Shown in pieces: positions 8,367 to 18,108 of a stretch of DNA of 64,000 nt (position 1 is the first letter of the stretch; every line of letters starts with the position of its first letter). This DNA comes from Desulfobacterales bacterium (GTDB lineage: Bacteria > Desulfobacterota > Desulfobacteria > Desulfobacterales > UBA2174): positions 192,001 to 256,000 of the forward strand of contig CAXXWC010000018.1 in the NCBI GenBank assembly GCA_963668645.2, read 5' to 3'. The notes under the pieces were generated by a model. It saw nothing but the letters and a program-made list of their open reading frames with translations, did not search any database and was not told where the DNA came from. Position numbers and translations under genes: made by a program.

Positions 8367-11300
8367 ATGCAGACCGATCCACGCAACAGGTTTTTGAACC
8401 ATGCAGGCGCCGTGGTGCTGACCGTGTTGATGGTCATGGGCGGCCTGGCGGCCGGCCCGTCGGCGGCCTATGCCGCCGAACATGTGGTCCAGGACGGCGA
8501 AAGCATCGTCATGGCCATCCAAAATGCCGCCGGCGGCGACACGATTCTGGTGGAAAGTGGCACCTACAACGACGTCCTGTGGATAGACAAAACCCTGACC
8601 CTGCGCGGGGTGGACACCGGCGGCGGCAGACCGGTGATCGACGGCGGCGGTGTAAGCGACGCCATCACGCTGATGGCCGGGGGGATCGTCATCGAGGGGC
8701 TTATCATCCAAAACAATAACGCCAATTACGGTATTCAGGACTACCGCGGCAGCGCCACCATCCACGACAATGTGATCCGCAACTGCAATATCGCCCTTCG
8801 GTTGAAGAGTTCCGCGATTGTCACGCAAAACACGATCCAGGACATGAGTAGCTACTGGATATACCTCTCCAGTTGCTCCAGTATCCTGATTCAGGGAAAT
8901 ACCATTTCGAACTGCAAGAACGGGGAATTCATCAGCACTTCGCGCGATGTTATCGAACACAACACGTTTTCAAACATGGATTATGCCATCCGTTTCAGTA
9001 CGGCCAGCCAAAATATCATCCGGTACAACACCTTCTCCGATTTCACCGGAAATGGAATCTATTTCAACAATATGCCCAACACTGGGTATTGGAACGAGGT
9101 CTACGGCAACACGTTCAGCAACATCGGCGGGAAGGCCATGGCAATCAACGGCAACGCCAAATACCAGCGGATCTTCTTCAACGACTTCGAGAACGTCGGG
9201 GGCGTGGTCGGCACGACCGGAGGGATCGACAACAGGTATCACTCCCTCGGCGTGTGGCAGTACGACTACAACGGCCAGACCTATCAGAGCTATCTTGGCA
9301 ACCGCTACCCGGGCTACGCGGGATCGGATGCGGACGGCGACGGCATCGGCGACACGCCCTATGCGGTCACCGCCGAGCTCAACGACGAATATCCCCTGGC
9401 GGCGTCCCTGGATGCCTACACCAACGTGGTGCCGGTGCTGCCGGACCTGACTGTGACCGATATCACGCTGCCGGCTGTCATCGGCGTTGACCTGTCGTCA
9501 TCCGTGGCGGTGACCGTGGCCAACACCGGCCTGGCCGATGCGGAAAGCTTCCAGGTGAAGCTGTACGCCGACGGCGAGGTCGTGGAGACCCTGACCGTGG
9601 ACGGCCTGGCCATGGGCGCCGAAATCGTGGTGATCTTTACCTGGACCCCCGAAGAGATCGCCCAGGGCGTGGAACTGGAGGTCAAAGTCGATTCGGGCAA
9701 CAGCCTGGATGAAATTTCCGAAGACGACAACACGGTGCCGGCGGGTGCGCCGGTGGATGTACAGTCTTCCGATTTGTCAGTCACCGCGGTCACCCTGGCG
9801 GACAACGTCAACCGGGATGAAAGCCAGACCGTCACCGTGACGGTGGCCAACACCGGCGCGGCCGATGCGGGGAGTTTTATCGTGGGGCTTTACTGCGACA
9901 TGTCGCCGGCGGTGACCTGGGCCGCGGCCCATGCGGATGAAGCCGCCCTGCATCCCGGCCTTTTCAACACCATCGGCAAAGCCGGGCTGGTGGCGGCCGC
10001 TACGGTGGATTCACTGGCGGCCGGTGCAACGGTGAACCTGGATATCCCCTGGACGCCGGAAAAGGCCGGCGTACGGACCCTCAGCGCCTGGGCCGACATG
10101 ACCTGTACGGTGGATGAACAGGACAATGCCAACAATCTGCTGGATACGGCTGCCCTGCGGGTGGTGCAGCCTTACACCGGGACGGTGGCCACCCTGGATC
10201 CCGGTGACTCGCTCCAGGCGGCAATGGATGCCGCGGCCGCGGGTGACACCATCGTTTTGAATCCCGGGACCTACGAACTGGAAGAAACCGGCGGCACTCG
10301 TACCCTGGCCATTACCGGGCCGGACCTGACCGTCAAGGCTGCCGGCGCGGTCGTTATCGACGGGGTGGACCCGCTGCAGTATCCGGCCCTGGTGTGGGGG
10401 CCTGAAGACGCATCCCGGACCCTTTTCGACGGCATCACGTTTGTCAAGGTGGCCATGGCATCCGGCGAAGCAGGCCGGTCCGGACTGACCTTTAAAAACT
10501 GTACCTTCGGAGGCGGCCAAAAAAACCTGTTCGGCGACGGGGAAGCGCTGGCCGGGGTCGGCAATGTGACGGTTGACAGCTGCCTGTGGCAGTCCGGCAA
10601 CGACCAGCCGTTTTCCGCAACCGCCGAAGGTTTTACCATCCAAAACAGCGTTTTTGACGGCTGCACCCTGACCATCCGCAATCCTTCGGCCTTTGGCGGC
10701 TTTGTTTTCCAAAACAACATGGCCGTGGGGGTGACGGTACCTGAAAGCGACTATAACGCCTTTCTGCGTATCGAAGGGCCAAACAGCCTGGTGGCGGGCA
10801 ATGTATTCGAAGCCATGACGCCGGGAGAGGGTAATCTGGTCGTGAACCTGGTGGCCGACGGCGGCACGGTGCGGGACAACCGCTTCGGCGTCCTGGCCGG
10901 CAGCGGGTGGACCTTCATGGAAGCCGGAACCAGCAACCGCATTTTCCGCAACGACTTTCTGGGCGATACGCCCATGTTTTTCGGCAATCCCTCCCTGCAA
11001 ACCCCGGTGACCACCGCCTGGGTCTACCAGGAGCATACCTGTACCGGATTGATGGGAAACCATTACGCGAATTATTCAGGCGGCGACAGCGACGGCGACG
11101 GTATCCGCGACAGCGCCGCCAACATTGACGGGGTCATGGACGACTATCCGCTGGCAGCTTCGATTTCCGCTTACGGGGTCGTGCCGGCCAATCTCACGGT
11201 GAACGCGCTGACCTTGCCGGGCGGTATTTACGAGGGACTGCCGGCGGAGATCACTGCCGTTTTGGCCAACACCGGCGCCAGCGATGCCGGTCCCTTTACG

Positions 11301-13109
11301 GCTGCGCTCCATGTGAACGATCAAATCGTGGATTCTCTTACGGTGGGCGGCCTCGCGGCCGGTGCGGATATCGGGGTGACCTTTACCTGGACCGCGCCGG
11401 GAGCTGCCGAGGGGGTGGTCCTGACGGTTGTGGTGGACGTGGACGACGCCGTTATGGAAGCAGACGAAACCGACAACACCGGCGCCGCGGAAGCGCCGGT
11501 GGACGTGGTGCTGCCGGTGCGGCTCTATACGGAACCGATGCCGGCCAACGCTCCCGTCGGGGCCTCCTTTGACGTGGCGGTGCGGGTGGATCCGGGCGCA
11601 TTCGGCATTGCCGGCGTGCAGTTCGACCTGTCTTTCGATCCGGCGGTCCTGGAAATTACCGGGGTGGCCCAAGGCGCCTTGCTGAACCAGGACGGCGCGG
11701 GCACCTATTTTGCCGGCGGTACGATCGACAACACGGCCGGGACCCTCAGCGGCGTGGCCGGCGCCATTACCACGCCGGGTGCCGATGTGAACACTTCCGG
11801 CGTGTTCGCCGTGATCAGCTTTACGGCCAAGGCATATGGTGTTTCGAACCTGGCCTTTTCCAACGCCATCGTGGGGGACATTAACGCCGACCCGGTGAGC
11901 CTGATGGTGGAAAACGGGTCCGCGGCAGTGGTGGTCACCTATTCGGCCACCGGCCAGGCGGCTTATGCCGTCGGCCAGACCGGAGATCTGATCGTAGGTG
12001 TCTATAGCGACGATGACCTGACCCAGCCGTTGGCCGTACCGGTGATTGCCAGCCTGGGGGCTGACGCGACCGTGACCGGCCTGGTGGCAGGGACCGGATA
12101 CCGTTTCGGGGCCTTTATCGACAGCAACGGCAATGGCGCAAGGGATGGGGCCGAAGCCTGGGGCGCGACCGTCTTCGATATCGTGGACAGCGACGCAACC
12201 GGCCTGAAGGTGCTCCTGATGGATCCGGATCTTGATGCCGACAACCTCCCCGATTATTGGCAGGCCCTTTACGCCGGGTATAACGGCGGCGCCGGCATCG
12301 GGGATGGAGACGGCGACGCGGACCACGACGGTTACAGCAATTTCTGGGAGCTGATCAACGGCACCGACCCTACGGTGCAGGACGATCCGGACGGGGAGGG
12401 CTACGATTCGGCCACCGATCAGCGGGTGGCGCCGGCCGGCTGGAACGTGTCCCGCAGCCACGGGGATTACCGGCCCGGGCAGTCTTTTGAGGTGACTCTG
12501 ACTGTACAGTACAGCGGCGACGTGACGGCCATGGCAATCATCGAAACCCTGCCCGAGGGCTGGACCTACGTATCGGCGAACAGTGCCGGCAACATGTTTG
12601 CCCAGGAAGGACCCGACAATACGCTGGAGTTCGTTTTGATCAGCTTGCCTGTGGACGTGCAGGGCCAGGCGGTCAATCCTTTCACTTTCAGCTACGTTGT
12701 GCAGGTACCGGAGACGGCCGACGGTGCGGCGGTTTTCGACGGCGACATCCTGGCGCGCATCGATGACGGCATCGAAAAGACCTTTACGATCCCGCAAACC
12801 ACGGCAAACCGCTACGCTTTTCACAGTGCGGATTACCGGCCGGCGGACTGGACGATCAATCTCTCGGAATTGTTGCGGGTGATCCAGCTTTACAACATGG
12901 GGGCCTATCACTGCGATCCTTTGGGTGAAGAGGGCTTCAACCCAGGTGTGGGTGATTACACCGATCCGGCGCCTCACAGTGCGGACTACAACCCGGCCGA
13001 CGGCAGCATCGGCCTTTCCGAGCTGCTGCGGGTGATACAGATCTACAATGTAGGCGGATACCGATTGGATCCTGCCGGCGAGGACGGGTACCAGCCGGGT
13101 TTGGAGTAA
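8367..13109 (+). CDS. Scaffold C, 1580 aa paralog of scaffold A with the same domain order
   Basis: RBS AGGAGG before ATG 8367; MQTDPRNRFLN start like A; collinear with A after a divergent first beta-helix; cohesin at about 11520-11920; SELLRVIQ repeats at about 12820-13106. Confidence 0.85.
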   Translation: MQTDPRNRFLNHAGAVVLTVLMVMGGLAAGPSAAYAAEHVVQDGESIVMAIQNAAGGDTILVESGTYNDVLWIDKTLTLRGVDTGGGRPVIDGGGVSDAITLMAGGIVIEGLIIQNNNANYGIQDYRGSATIHDNVIRNCNIALRLKSSAIVTQNTIQDMSSYWIYLSSCSSILIQGNTISNCKNGEFISTSRDVIEHNTFSNMDYAIRFSTASQNIIRYNTFSDFTGNGIYFNNMPNTGYWNEVYGNTFSNIGGKAMAINGNAKYQRIFFNDFENVGGVVGTTGGIDNRYHSLGVWQYDYNGQTYQSYLGNRYPGYAGSDADGDGIGDTPYAVTAELNDEYPLAASLDAYTNVVPVLPDLTVTDITLPAVIGVDLSSSVAVTVANTGLADAESFQVKLYADGEVVETLTVDGLAMGAEIVVIFTWTPEEIAQGVELEVKVDSGNSLDEISEDDNTVPAGAPVDVQSSDLSVTAVTLADNVNRDESQTVTVTVANTGAADAGSFIVGLYCDMSPAVTWAAAHADEAALHPGLFNTIGKAGLVAAATVDSLAAGATVNLDIPWTPEKAGVRTLSAWADMTCTVDEQDNANNLLDTAALRVVQPYTGTVATLDPGDSLQAAMDAAAAGDTIVLNPGTYELEETGGTRTLAITGPDLTVKAAGAVVIDGVDPLQYPALVWGPEDASRTLFDGITFVKVAMASGEAGRSGLTFKNCTFGGGQKNLFGDGEALAGVGNVTVDSCLWQSGNDQPFSATAEGFTIQNSVFDGCTLTIRNPSAFGGFVFQNNMAVGVTVPESDYNAFLRIEGPNSLVAGNVFEAMTPGEGNLVVNLVADGGTVRDNRFGVLAGSGWTFMEAGTSNRIFRNDFLGDTPMFFGNPSLQTPVTTAWVYQEHTCTGLMGNHYANYSGGDSDGDGIRDSAANIDGVMDDYPLAASISAYGVVPANLTVNALTLPGGIYEGLPAEITAVLANTGASDAGPFTAALHVNDQIVDSLTVGGLAAGADIGVTFTWTAPGAAEGVVLTVVVDVDDAVMEADETDNTGAAEAPVDVVLPVRLYTEPMPANAPVGASFDVAVRVDPGAFGIAGVQFDLSFDPAVLEITGVAQGALLNQDGAGTYFAGGTIDNTAGTLSGVAGAITTPGADVNTSGVFAVISFTAKAYGVSNLAFSNAIVGDINADPVSLMVENGSAAVVVTYSATGQAAYAVGQTGDLIVGVYSDDDLTQPLAVPVIASLGADATVTGLVAGTGYRFGAFIDSNGNGARDGAEAWGATVFDIVDSDATGLKVLLMDPDLDADNLPDYWQALYAGYNGGAGIGDGDGDADHDGYSNFWELINGTDPTVQDDPDGEGYDSATDQRVAPAGWNVSRSHGDYRPGQSFEVTLTVQYSGDVTAMAIIETLPEGWTYVSANSAGNMFAQEGPDNTLEFVLISLPVDVQGQAVNPFTFSYVVQVPETADGAAVFDGDILARIDDGIEKTFTIPQTTANRYAFHSADYRPADWTINLSELLRVIQLYNMGAYHCDPLGEEGFNPGVGDYTDPAPHSADYNPADGSIGLSELLRVIQIYNVGGYRLDPAGEDGYQPGLE

Positions 13110-13221
13110 AAGAGGATATGATTGCCGCGGGTGCGGTCTCGGGGACTGCTCCCGCGGCGGCCCAGAAAAGCGCAGAGGGTTAACGGCCCTGGCGTACGGG
13201 AAAATTGCATAAGGAGGAAAA

Positions 13222-13635
13222 ATGAAGCGAAAATGGACGACTTCAATGATGTCGGTTCTGGCCCTGGCGGCCGTGGTGCTGTGGTCCGCAACGGCCTTTG
13301 CGTTGACCGCCTCCCAGCAGGTTATCGGTGCGGGCGGCGAGATAACGGTCATTACCACCATTGAATACAACGAGGCGCTCACGGCCCTGGGCGTAAGGGT
13401 GAAGCTGCCGGCTGGCTGGACCTTCAAGACCGTGGGCGGCAGCGATGTGCCTGCAGTGGCGCCGGCTGAGGGTGCGAGCGGTGAAATCGATTTTGCCTGG
13501 ATCGCGGCGCCGGCTGGACCGGCGATGTTTGCATATACCCTGGCGGCGCCGCAAGGGGGTACGGCCCGGGATCTGGCTGCCGAGGTGGTCTACCGCGTGG
13601 GCGCCGGTGAGGAGCAGGTGGTTGTCGTCGAGTGA
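13222..13635 (+). CDS. Small secreted protein D: single LPxGW module, near-identical to B
   Basis: RBS AAGGAGG; mature sequence differs from B by one residue (Q/R). Confidence 0.85.
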   Translation: MKRKWTTSMMSVLALAAVVLWSATAFALTASQQVIGAGGEITVITTIEYNEALTALGVRVKLPAGWTFKTVGGSDVPAVAPAEGASGEIDFAWIAAPAGPAMFAYTLAAPQGGTARDLAAEVVYRVGAGEEQVVVVE

Positions 13636-13730
13636 TTCGATGGGCTTGCCAGCATAACGATCCATAGTGGATAGGGAAAACCTGACAGGATGAACAGGAT
13701 CGTAATGATAATAGCATCTGCGGAAGTTTT

Positions 13731-15140
13731 ATGAGGAATAACGAGATGATGAAATGCCTGATTCAGAAAAAAAACGCATATCTCTGGATGGCCGTCATCG
13801 CGCTCTTCTGCTTGGTCCTGCCCATCACAGCCAGCGCCGGGCTGGATGACGGGACGAGCTGGGAGCAGTTCGGCGGGGACGTTACCCACGTGGGATTCAC
13901 CCAGTCCACTGTTCCCCACGTCAAGCAGCTTGCCTGGTTCAGTCAGATTATCTATGCCAGCGGCTCGTCGTCCCTGGCGGTGGCGGACGGAAAAATATTC
14001 GTTTATTCCGCCCCCAGCGGGATGGATGCCAGCGGTCCCACAAGCGTTGTCTGCCTGGACGCCGCAGGCGGCACGAAGCTATGGGAAACGGCAGTGGAAG
14101 AGGCCGAGTGGGGCTCATGGTCGTCACCGGCCTATCACGACGGCAAGGTGTTTATCTCTTCGGGCAAGGAAACCTGGTGCATGAACGCTGAAGACGGGGC
14201 CAAGATCTGGGCGTTTCGCAACCCTTCGGAAGAGGCGTCCTGTAACGGGGGGCCGACCGTGGCCGACGGCAAGGTCTTTTGCAGCGACTGGCAGGGGGGG
14301 CACTATTACTGCCTGAACGAGTCGGACGGCAGCCTGGTGTGGACCTTTGACGTGCCCGGCTACGCTCAGGGAACGCCGGCCTATCGTGACGGCAAGGTCT
14401 ACCTGACAAGCTGGGTCTATGTTGGCGGACATATCTATTCCGTAAACGTCGCCGACAAGAGCGTGAACTGGCATCAGACAAATCTCCTTGATACTTGCGG
14501 CTCGGCAACCCTCTACAATGACACAGTTTTCGTGACCACGTATAATTTTGCCGGGGACGGAGAACTCATCGCCCTGAACGAAGCGGACGGCAGCTATAAA
14601 TGGACGCGTGTCGTTCAGCGCACGGACAATACGCCGGCAGTGGCCTATGGCAAAGTCTATGTCGGGGGCGGGTGTGCCGGCTATTCCGCTTCAATGGTAC
14701 ACTGCTTTGACGCCGAAACCGGAGACATGGCCTGGGAAGTGAGCAACTACGGCAACTGGACCGGCAACGTGGCCGTAGCCGACGGACTGGTAATTGTGGG
14801 CCGGGGCGGCGGCAGTTACTTCGGCTATGCCGGCACCTATGCCCTGGATGCGGAAACCGGTGCGGAAATCTGGGGCCATAATAGGGGGGGATCTTCCCCG
14901 GTGGTGGCCAACGGATTCATCTACACCATCGGCGACGATGGCCGCGTTTATGCCTATGGATCGTCTTTCCCGGCCTGGGATATCAATACCGACGGAGCCA
15001 CCAACGTGCTGGACCTGATCCGCGTGGGCCAGCATTTCGGGGAAACCGGGGCAGCAGGCTGGATTCCGGAAGATGTCAACATGGACGGCAGGATCAACGT
15101 TCTGGATATGATTCTTATCGGACAGCATTGGAGCTTTTAA
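13731..15140 (+). CDS. Protein E: secreted PQQ-like (BamB-type) beta-propeller with C-terminal dockerin
   Basis: Signal peptide; WEQFGGD..H.G start; repeated SP....GKV / C..A..G...W blades; WDINTDGATNVLDLIRVGQHF...EDVNMDGRINVLDMILIGQHW. Start may be 13746 or 13749. Confidence 0.85.
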   Translation: MRNNEMMKCLIQKKNAYLWMAVIALFCLVLPITASAGLDDGTSWEQFGGDVTHVGFTQSTVPHVKQLAWFSQIIYASGSSSLAVADGKIFVYSAPSGMDASGPTSVVCLDAAGGTKLWETAVEEAEWGSWSSPAYHDGKVFISSGKETWCMNAEDGAKIWAFRNPSEEASCNGGPTVADGKVFCSDWQGGHYYCLNESDGSLVWTFDVPGYAQGTPAYRDGKVYLTSWVYVGGHIYSVNVADKSVNWHQTNLLDTCGSATLYNDTVFVTTYNFAGDGELIALNEADGSYKWTRVVQRTDNTPAVAYGKVYVGGGCAGYSASMVHCFDAETGDMAWEVSNYGNWTGNVAVADGLVIVGRGGGSYFGYAGTYALDAETGAEIWGHNRGGSSPVVANGFIYTIGDDGRVYAYGSSFPAWDINTDGATNVLDLIRVGQHFGETGAAGWIPEDVNMDGRINVLDMILIGQHWSF

Positions 15141-15766
15141 CCCATAAATTCGTGCGGTGGATTATTTTTATCGCAGTTTTTCTCAGCCTGGCAGGTGTTT
15201 TTACACCTGTTCAGGCCGAATTGCGGACGGCTTTGACAACGGTGGCGGCCCACCATTCGAGCGCCGGCTACATCGCCGGTGAAACGCTGGCCGTTTCGGT
15301 ATCCATTGAGTATCCGGAGTCCTTAACGGCCCTGGGGTATCAGATGGCCCTGCCGGCCGGATGGTCCTTTGTAGCTGCGGCCGGTTCAAGGGTCCCGCCC
15401 ATCAAGCCTGATGTCGGGCATACAGGCGTCCTCGATTTTGCCTGGATCCTGCCGCCCGCCGGTCCGTCGGTATTTACGATCACCCTGGCCGTGCCGGAAG
15501 GGTGTGCCGGCATACAGACCCTTCAAGGGACCGTTCTGTTCCATGTCGGCAACGACAATCAACAAAAGACCGCGGCCTTGCCGGATCCATTGAGGGTCTA
15601 TCCGTTGGGCGCAGGCGATCTCGACGGCAGCGGCGTCGTAGACCTGGCCGATGCCGTTGCGGGGCTGAGGGGGCTTTGCGGCCTGCCGGCACAATTGGGG
15701 GAACTGGAAGGCGGACGGGTCAGAATGGCAGATGTGCTGCTCGTGCTGCGGCGGATCTCGGAATGA
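15128..15766 (+). CDS. Adaptor F: LPxGW module plus host-type dockerin
   Basis: Signal peptide; ALGYQMALPAGWSF...LDFAWI; C-terminal GDLDGSGVVDLADAVAGLR...MADVLLVLR. TTG start uncertain. Confidence 0.75.
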   Translation: MELLTHKFVRWIIFIAVFLSLAGVFTPVQAELRTALTTVAAHHSSAGYIAGETLAVSVSIEYPESLTALGYQMALPAGWSFVAAAGSRVPPIKPDVGHTGVLDFAWILPPAGPSVFTITLAVPEGCAGIQTLQGTVLFHVGNDNQQKTAALPDPLRVYPLGAGDLDGSGVVDLADAVAGLRGLCGLPAQLGELEGGRVRMADVLLVLRRISE

Positions 15767-15882
15767 AGGGCGTTTACGCATAGCGCAGAGGGCAAGGGGC
15801 ATGGCCCGTCGCGCAGAGAGAAAAAAACGGACAGGATGAATCGCAGGGTTAACTTTTGTTGCAGGATAAATGGAGGAACTAA

Positions 15883-18066
15883 TTGAAGTCCCTTAAAAAC
15901 AACACAAATGGGGGGGAAAGCCCGGGACACACCGCGGCAACCCTTGTTTTGCTGCTTTTAGCGATTTTTGCTGCACCGGCGGCGGCAGCCGTGGACCTGA
16001 CGGCTCACCATGCAGCCGCTCCTTACATACCGGGAAGTCCGTTGGTCGTAACCGTGACGCTGGACTACGATACGGGCCTGAGTGCCCTGGGCATGCGCGT
16101 GGTGCTGCCCACGGACTGGACTTACCTTTACTGCTGCGGGACCGGCCGGCCCGACAGCGTCCGGGTCGTCGCCCCCGGCGAGCTGGAATTGGTGTGGATC
16201 AACGCACCGGAACCCGGCGCCGGGGAGGATCCTGCACTGTCTTTTACCTATCTGCTGGGCGTTCCGGCATCCGAAGCCGAAACCCGAACGCTCCAGGCTG
16301 AAATTTTTTACCGCGTCGGCAGTGGGGCCGAGAATACAGCGGCCGTTTTGCCGGACCCCTTGGACGTGTCCGCTGATCCCGCACCGGAAAGTTTCGTGGA
16401 GCCGACGCACCAGGCAGCGCGTTTTTTGGCCGGCAGCCTTGCAGCGGTGGAGACGTCCGTACGGTATTCGGGCGAGTTGAGTGCATTGGCCCTGGTTATG
16501 GAACTGCCTGAAGGCTGGTCGTATGCCTCCGCCGACGGAGAGGTGCCGGACATTGAACCAACACCCGGTACAGAAGGAACATTAGAATTTACATGGATTA
16601 CGCCGCCGCCAAGTCCGGCCGTCTTTACCTGCCGGCTGCAGACACCGGTGGATGCCGGCAATGCCGCCGAGATCCGCTCCGAAATTGTATATCGGCGCCT
16701 GGCCGAAGAGCTTCGCAAGGAGGTGCAGCCGGACCCGCTCATGCTCCGTTGGGTGACTCCGGAAGTTTTGCAGGCAGCGCCGTCCGCCATCGTGGACAGT
16801 CCGGAAGCAAAGGAACTGGTGGTTACCGGCCGCTATTTTGTTCCGGGTGAAAACCACATCGTGCGTTTCGTCAATTCGCAAAACGTTTTCGATCTGAAAA
16901 GCCTGCCGTCGGATGAAAGCAGTCTGACGGTCGCTATCCCGCCCGGTGTTCCGCCGGGGACCTACCGGCTGCGGGTCATCAATGCATGCGGCATTTCGGC
17001 TCTCAGCGAAGCCACCGTGGAGGTGACCGCGCCGGCGACGCCGATACCCAACGTAACCGACGTCCGGCCCTCTACCGGCGCCGTTCAAAAATCGACCCGG
17101 ATCACCCTATACGGGGCGCATTTCAACGACGTATCGTCCGTTTGCCTCTGCGAAGACGGCCTTCAGATAGCGCTATTGGACGTTACTTTGGTGGATGAAT
17201 CCACTGTTCAGGCGACAGTGCCGTCGACTTGTCCCGAGGGCATCTATGATGTGCAGGTGACGGCCGGCGGGCTAAAAAACAACATCAGCACGGTAAAGTT
17301 TTTCGTATTTGTACCGAGGGCCATTAACTCCGAGACTTCCGATGAATTGGTGGCCGATGGGTTGGTGGACCTTGACGAAAATTTAAACGGTACCCTGCCG
17401 GTCAACCTGACCCTGAAAACCTGGTCCGACGGATACCGGATGGTGATCGACGACGATCCCCTGGAAATCGAGGCGGTCATCGAGGCCGGTACCCGCATGA
17501 CCCGCAGTGACGGGAGCGCCTATGCGGGCGCCCTGATGATGCCGGTGCAGGTCAAGGTAACCGAGGATCTCGCAGAGGATTTCAGTTGGGATGACGTGGC
17601 GCTATTCCAGATGGGCAGCGCCGAAGAATCCATCATTTTGTCCGAACCCATGGTAATCGCCTTGACCGTCAGCCGCAGCGCCGCGAAGGGCGCCCCCCTG
17701 ATCTACTACCTTGATGCAGACGGCGGGACCACACCGGCCGGCGTGGCCGGTGTAAAGGACGGCCGGGAATATGAAGCCGGCGGAACCGTACTGGAAGTTA
17801 GGGCGGATGAACCCGAGGCCGGCAAGAACACATACCGTATCGGCCTGCTGCTAGACCATATGTCCACCTTCGTCGTGGGAAACAAGGGCGCCGCTTCGGG
17901 GCAGCCCCCGTCTGGCGGCGGCGGAAAGTGCTTTATCGATGTGGCCGACGGGGAAATAGGTAATTTTAACGGCGGCTGTCAAGTGATTTGGGGCGTGATG
18001 GTCCTTCTGGCGATGGGACTGTGCCTGGTGAAACGGATGGAGGATCAAAAGCCGCAGGATAGGTGA
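15883..18066 (+). CDS. Anchor G: two LPxGW modules, two IPT/TIG-like domains, C-terminal GGGGKCFID plus TM sorting signal
   Basis: RBS GGAGG before TTG; LPTDWTY and LPEGWSY modules; VTGRYF and LYGAHF IPT motifs; GGGGKCFID at 17914-17940, then a hydrophobic helix and charged tail. Confidence 0.8.
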   Translation: MKSLKNNTNGGESPGHTAATLVLLLLAIFAAPAAAAVDLTAHHAAAPYIPGSPLVVTVTLDYDTGLSALGMRVVLPTDWTYLYCCGTGRPDSVRVVAPGELELVWINAPEPGAGEDPALSFTYLLGVPASEAETRTLQAEIFYRVGSGAENTAAVLPDPLDVSADPAPESFVEPTHQAARFLAGSLAAVETSVRYSGELSALALVMELPEGWSYASADGEVPDIEPTPGTEGTLEFTWITPPPSPAVFTCRLQTPVDAGNAAEIRSEIVYRRLAEELRKEVQPDPLMLRWVTPEVLQAAPSAIVDSPEAKELVVTGRYFVPGENHIVRFVNSQNVFDLKSLPSDESSLTVAIPPGVPPGTYRLRVINACGISALSEATVEVTAPATPIPNVTDVRPSTGAVQKSTRITLYGAHFNDVSSVCLCEDGLQIALLDVTLVDESTVQATVPSTCPEGIYDVQVTAGGLKNNISTVKFFVFVPRAINSETSDELVADGLVDLDENLNGTLPVNLTLKTWSDGYRMVIDDDPLEIEAVIEAGTRMTRSDGSAYAGALMMPVQVKVTEDLAEDFSWDDVALFQMGSAEESIILSEPMVIALTVSRSAAKGAPLIYYLDADGGTTPAGVAGVKDGREYEAGGTVLEVRADEPEAGKNTYRIGLLLDHMSTFVVGNKGAASGQPPSGGGGKCFIDVADGEIGNFNGGCQVIWGVMVLLAMGLCLVKRMEDQKPQDR

Positions 18067-18108
18067 ATTCCAGCGAAAACCATCGTTTCGTCCGTCGAAA
18101 GGGAAAAT

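Noticed and set aside
7877..13635. Diversity-generating retroelement template/variable repeat pair (B versus D)
   Set aside because: Differences are mixed transitions, mostly synonymous and not adenine-specific; both copies are intact genes; no reverse transcriptase seen.
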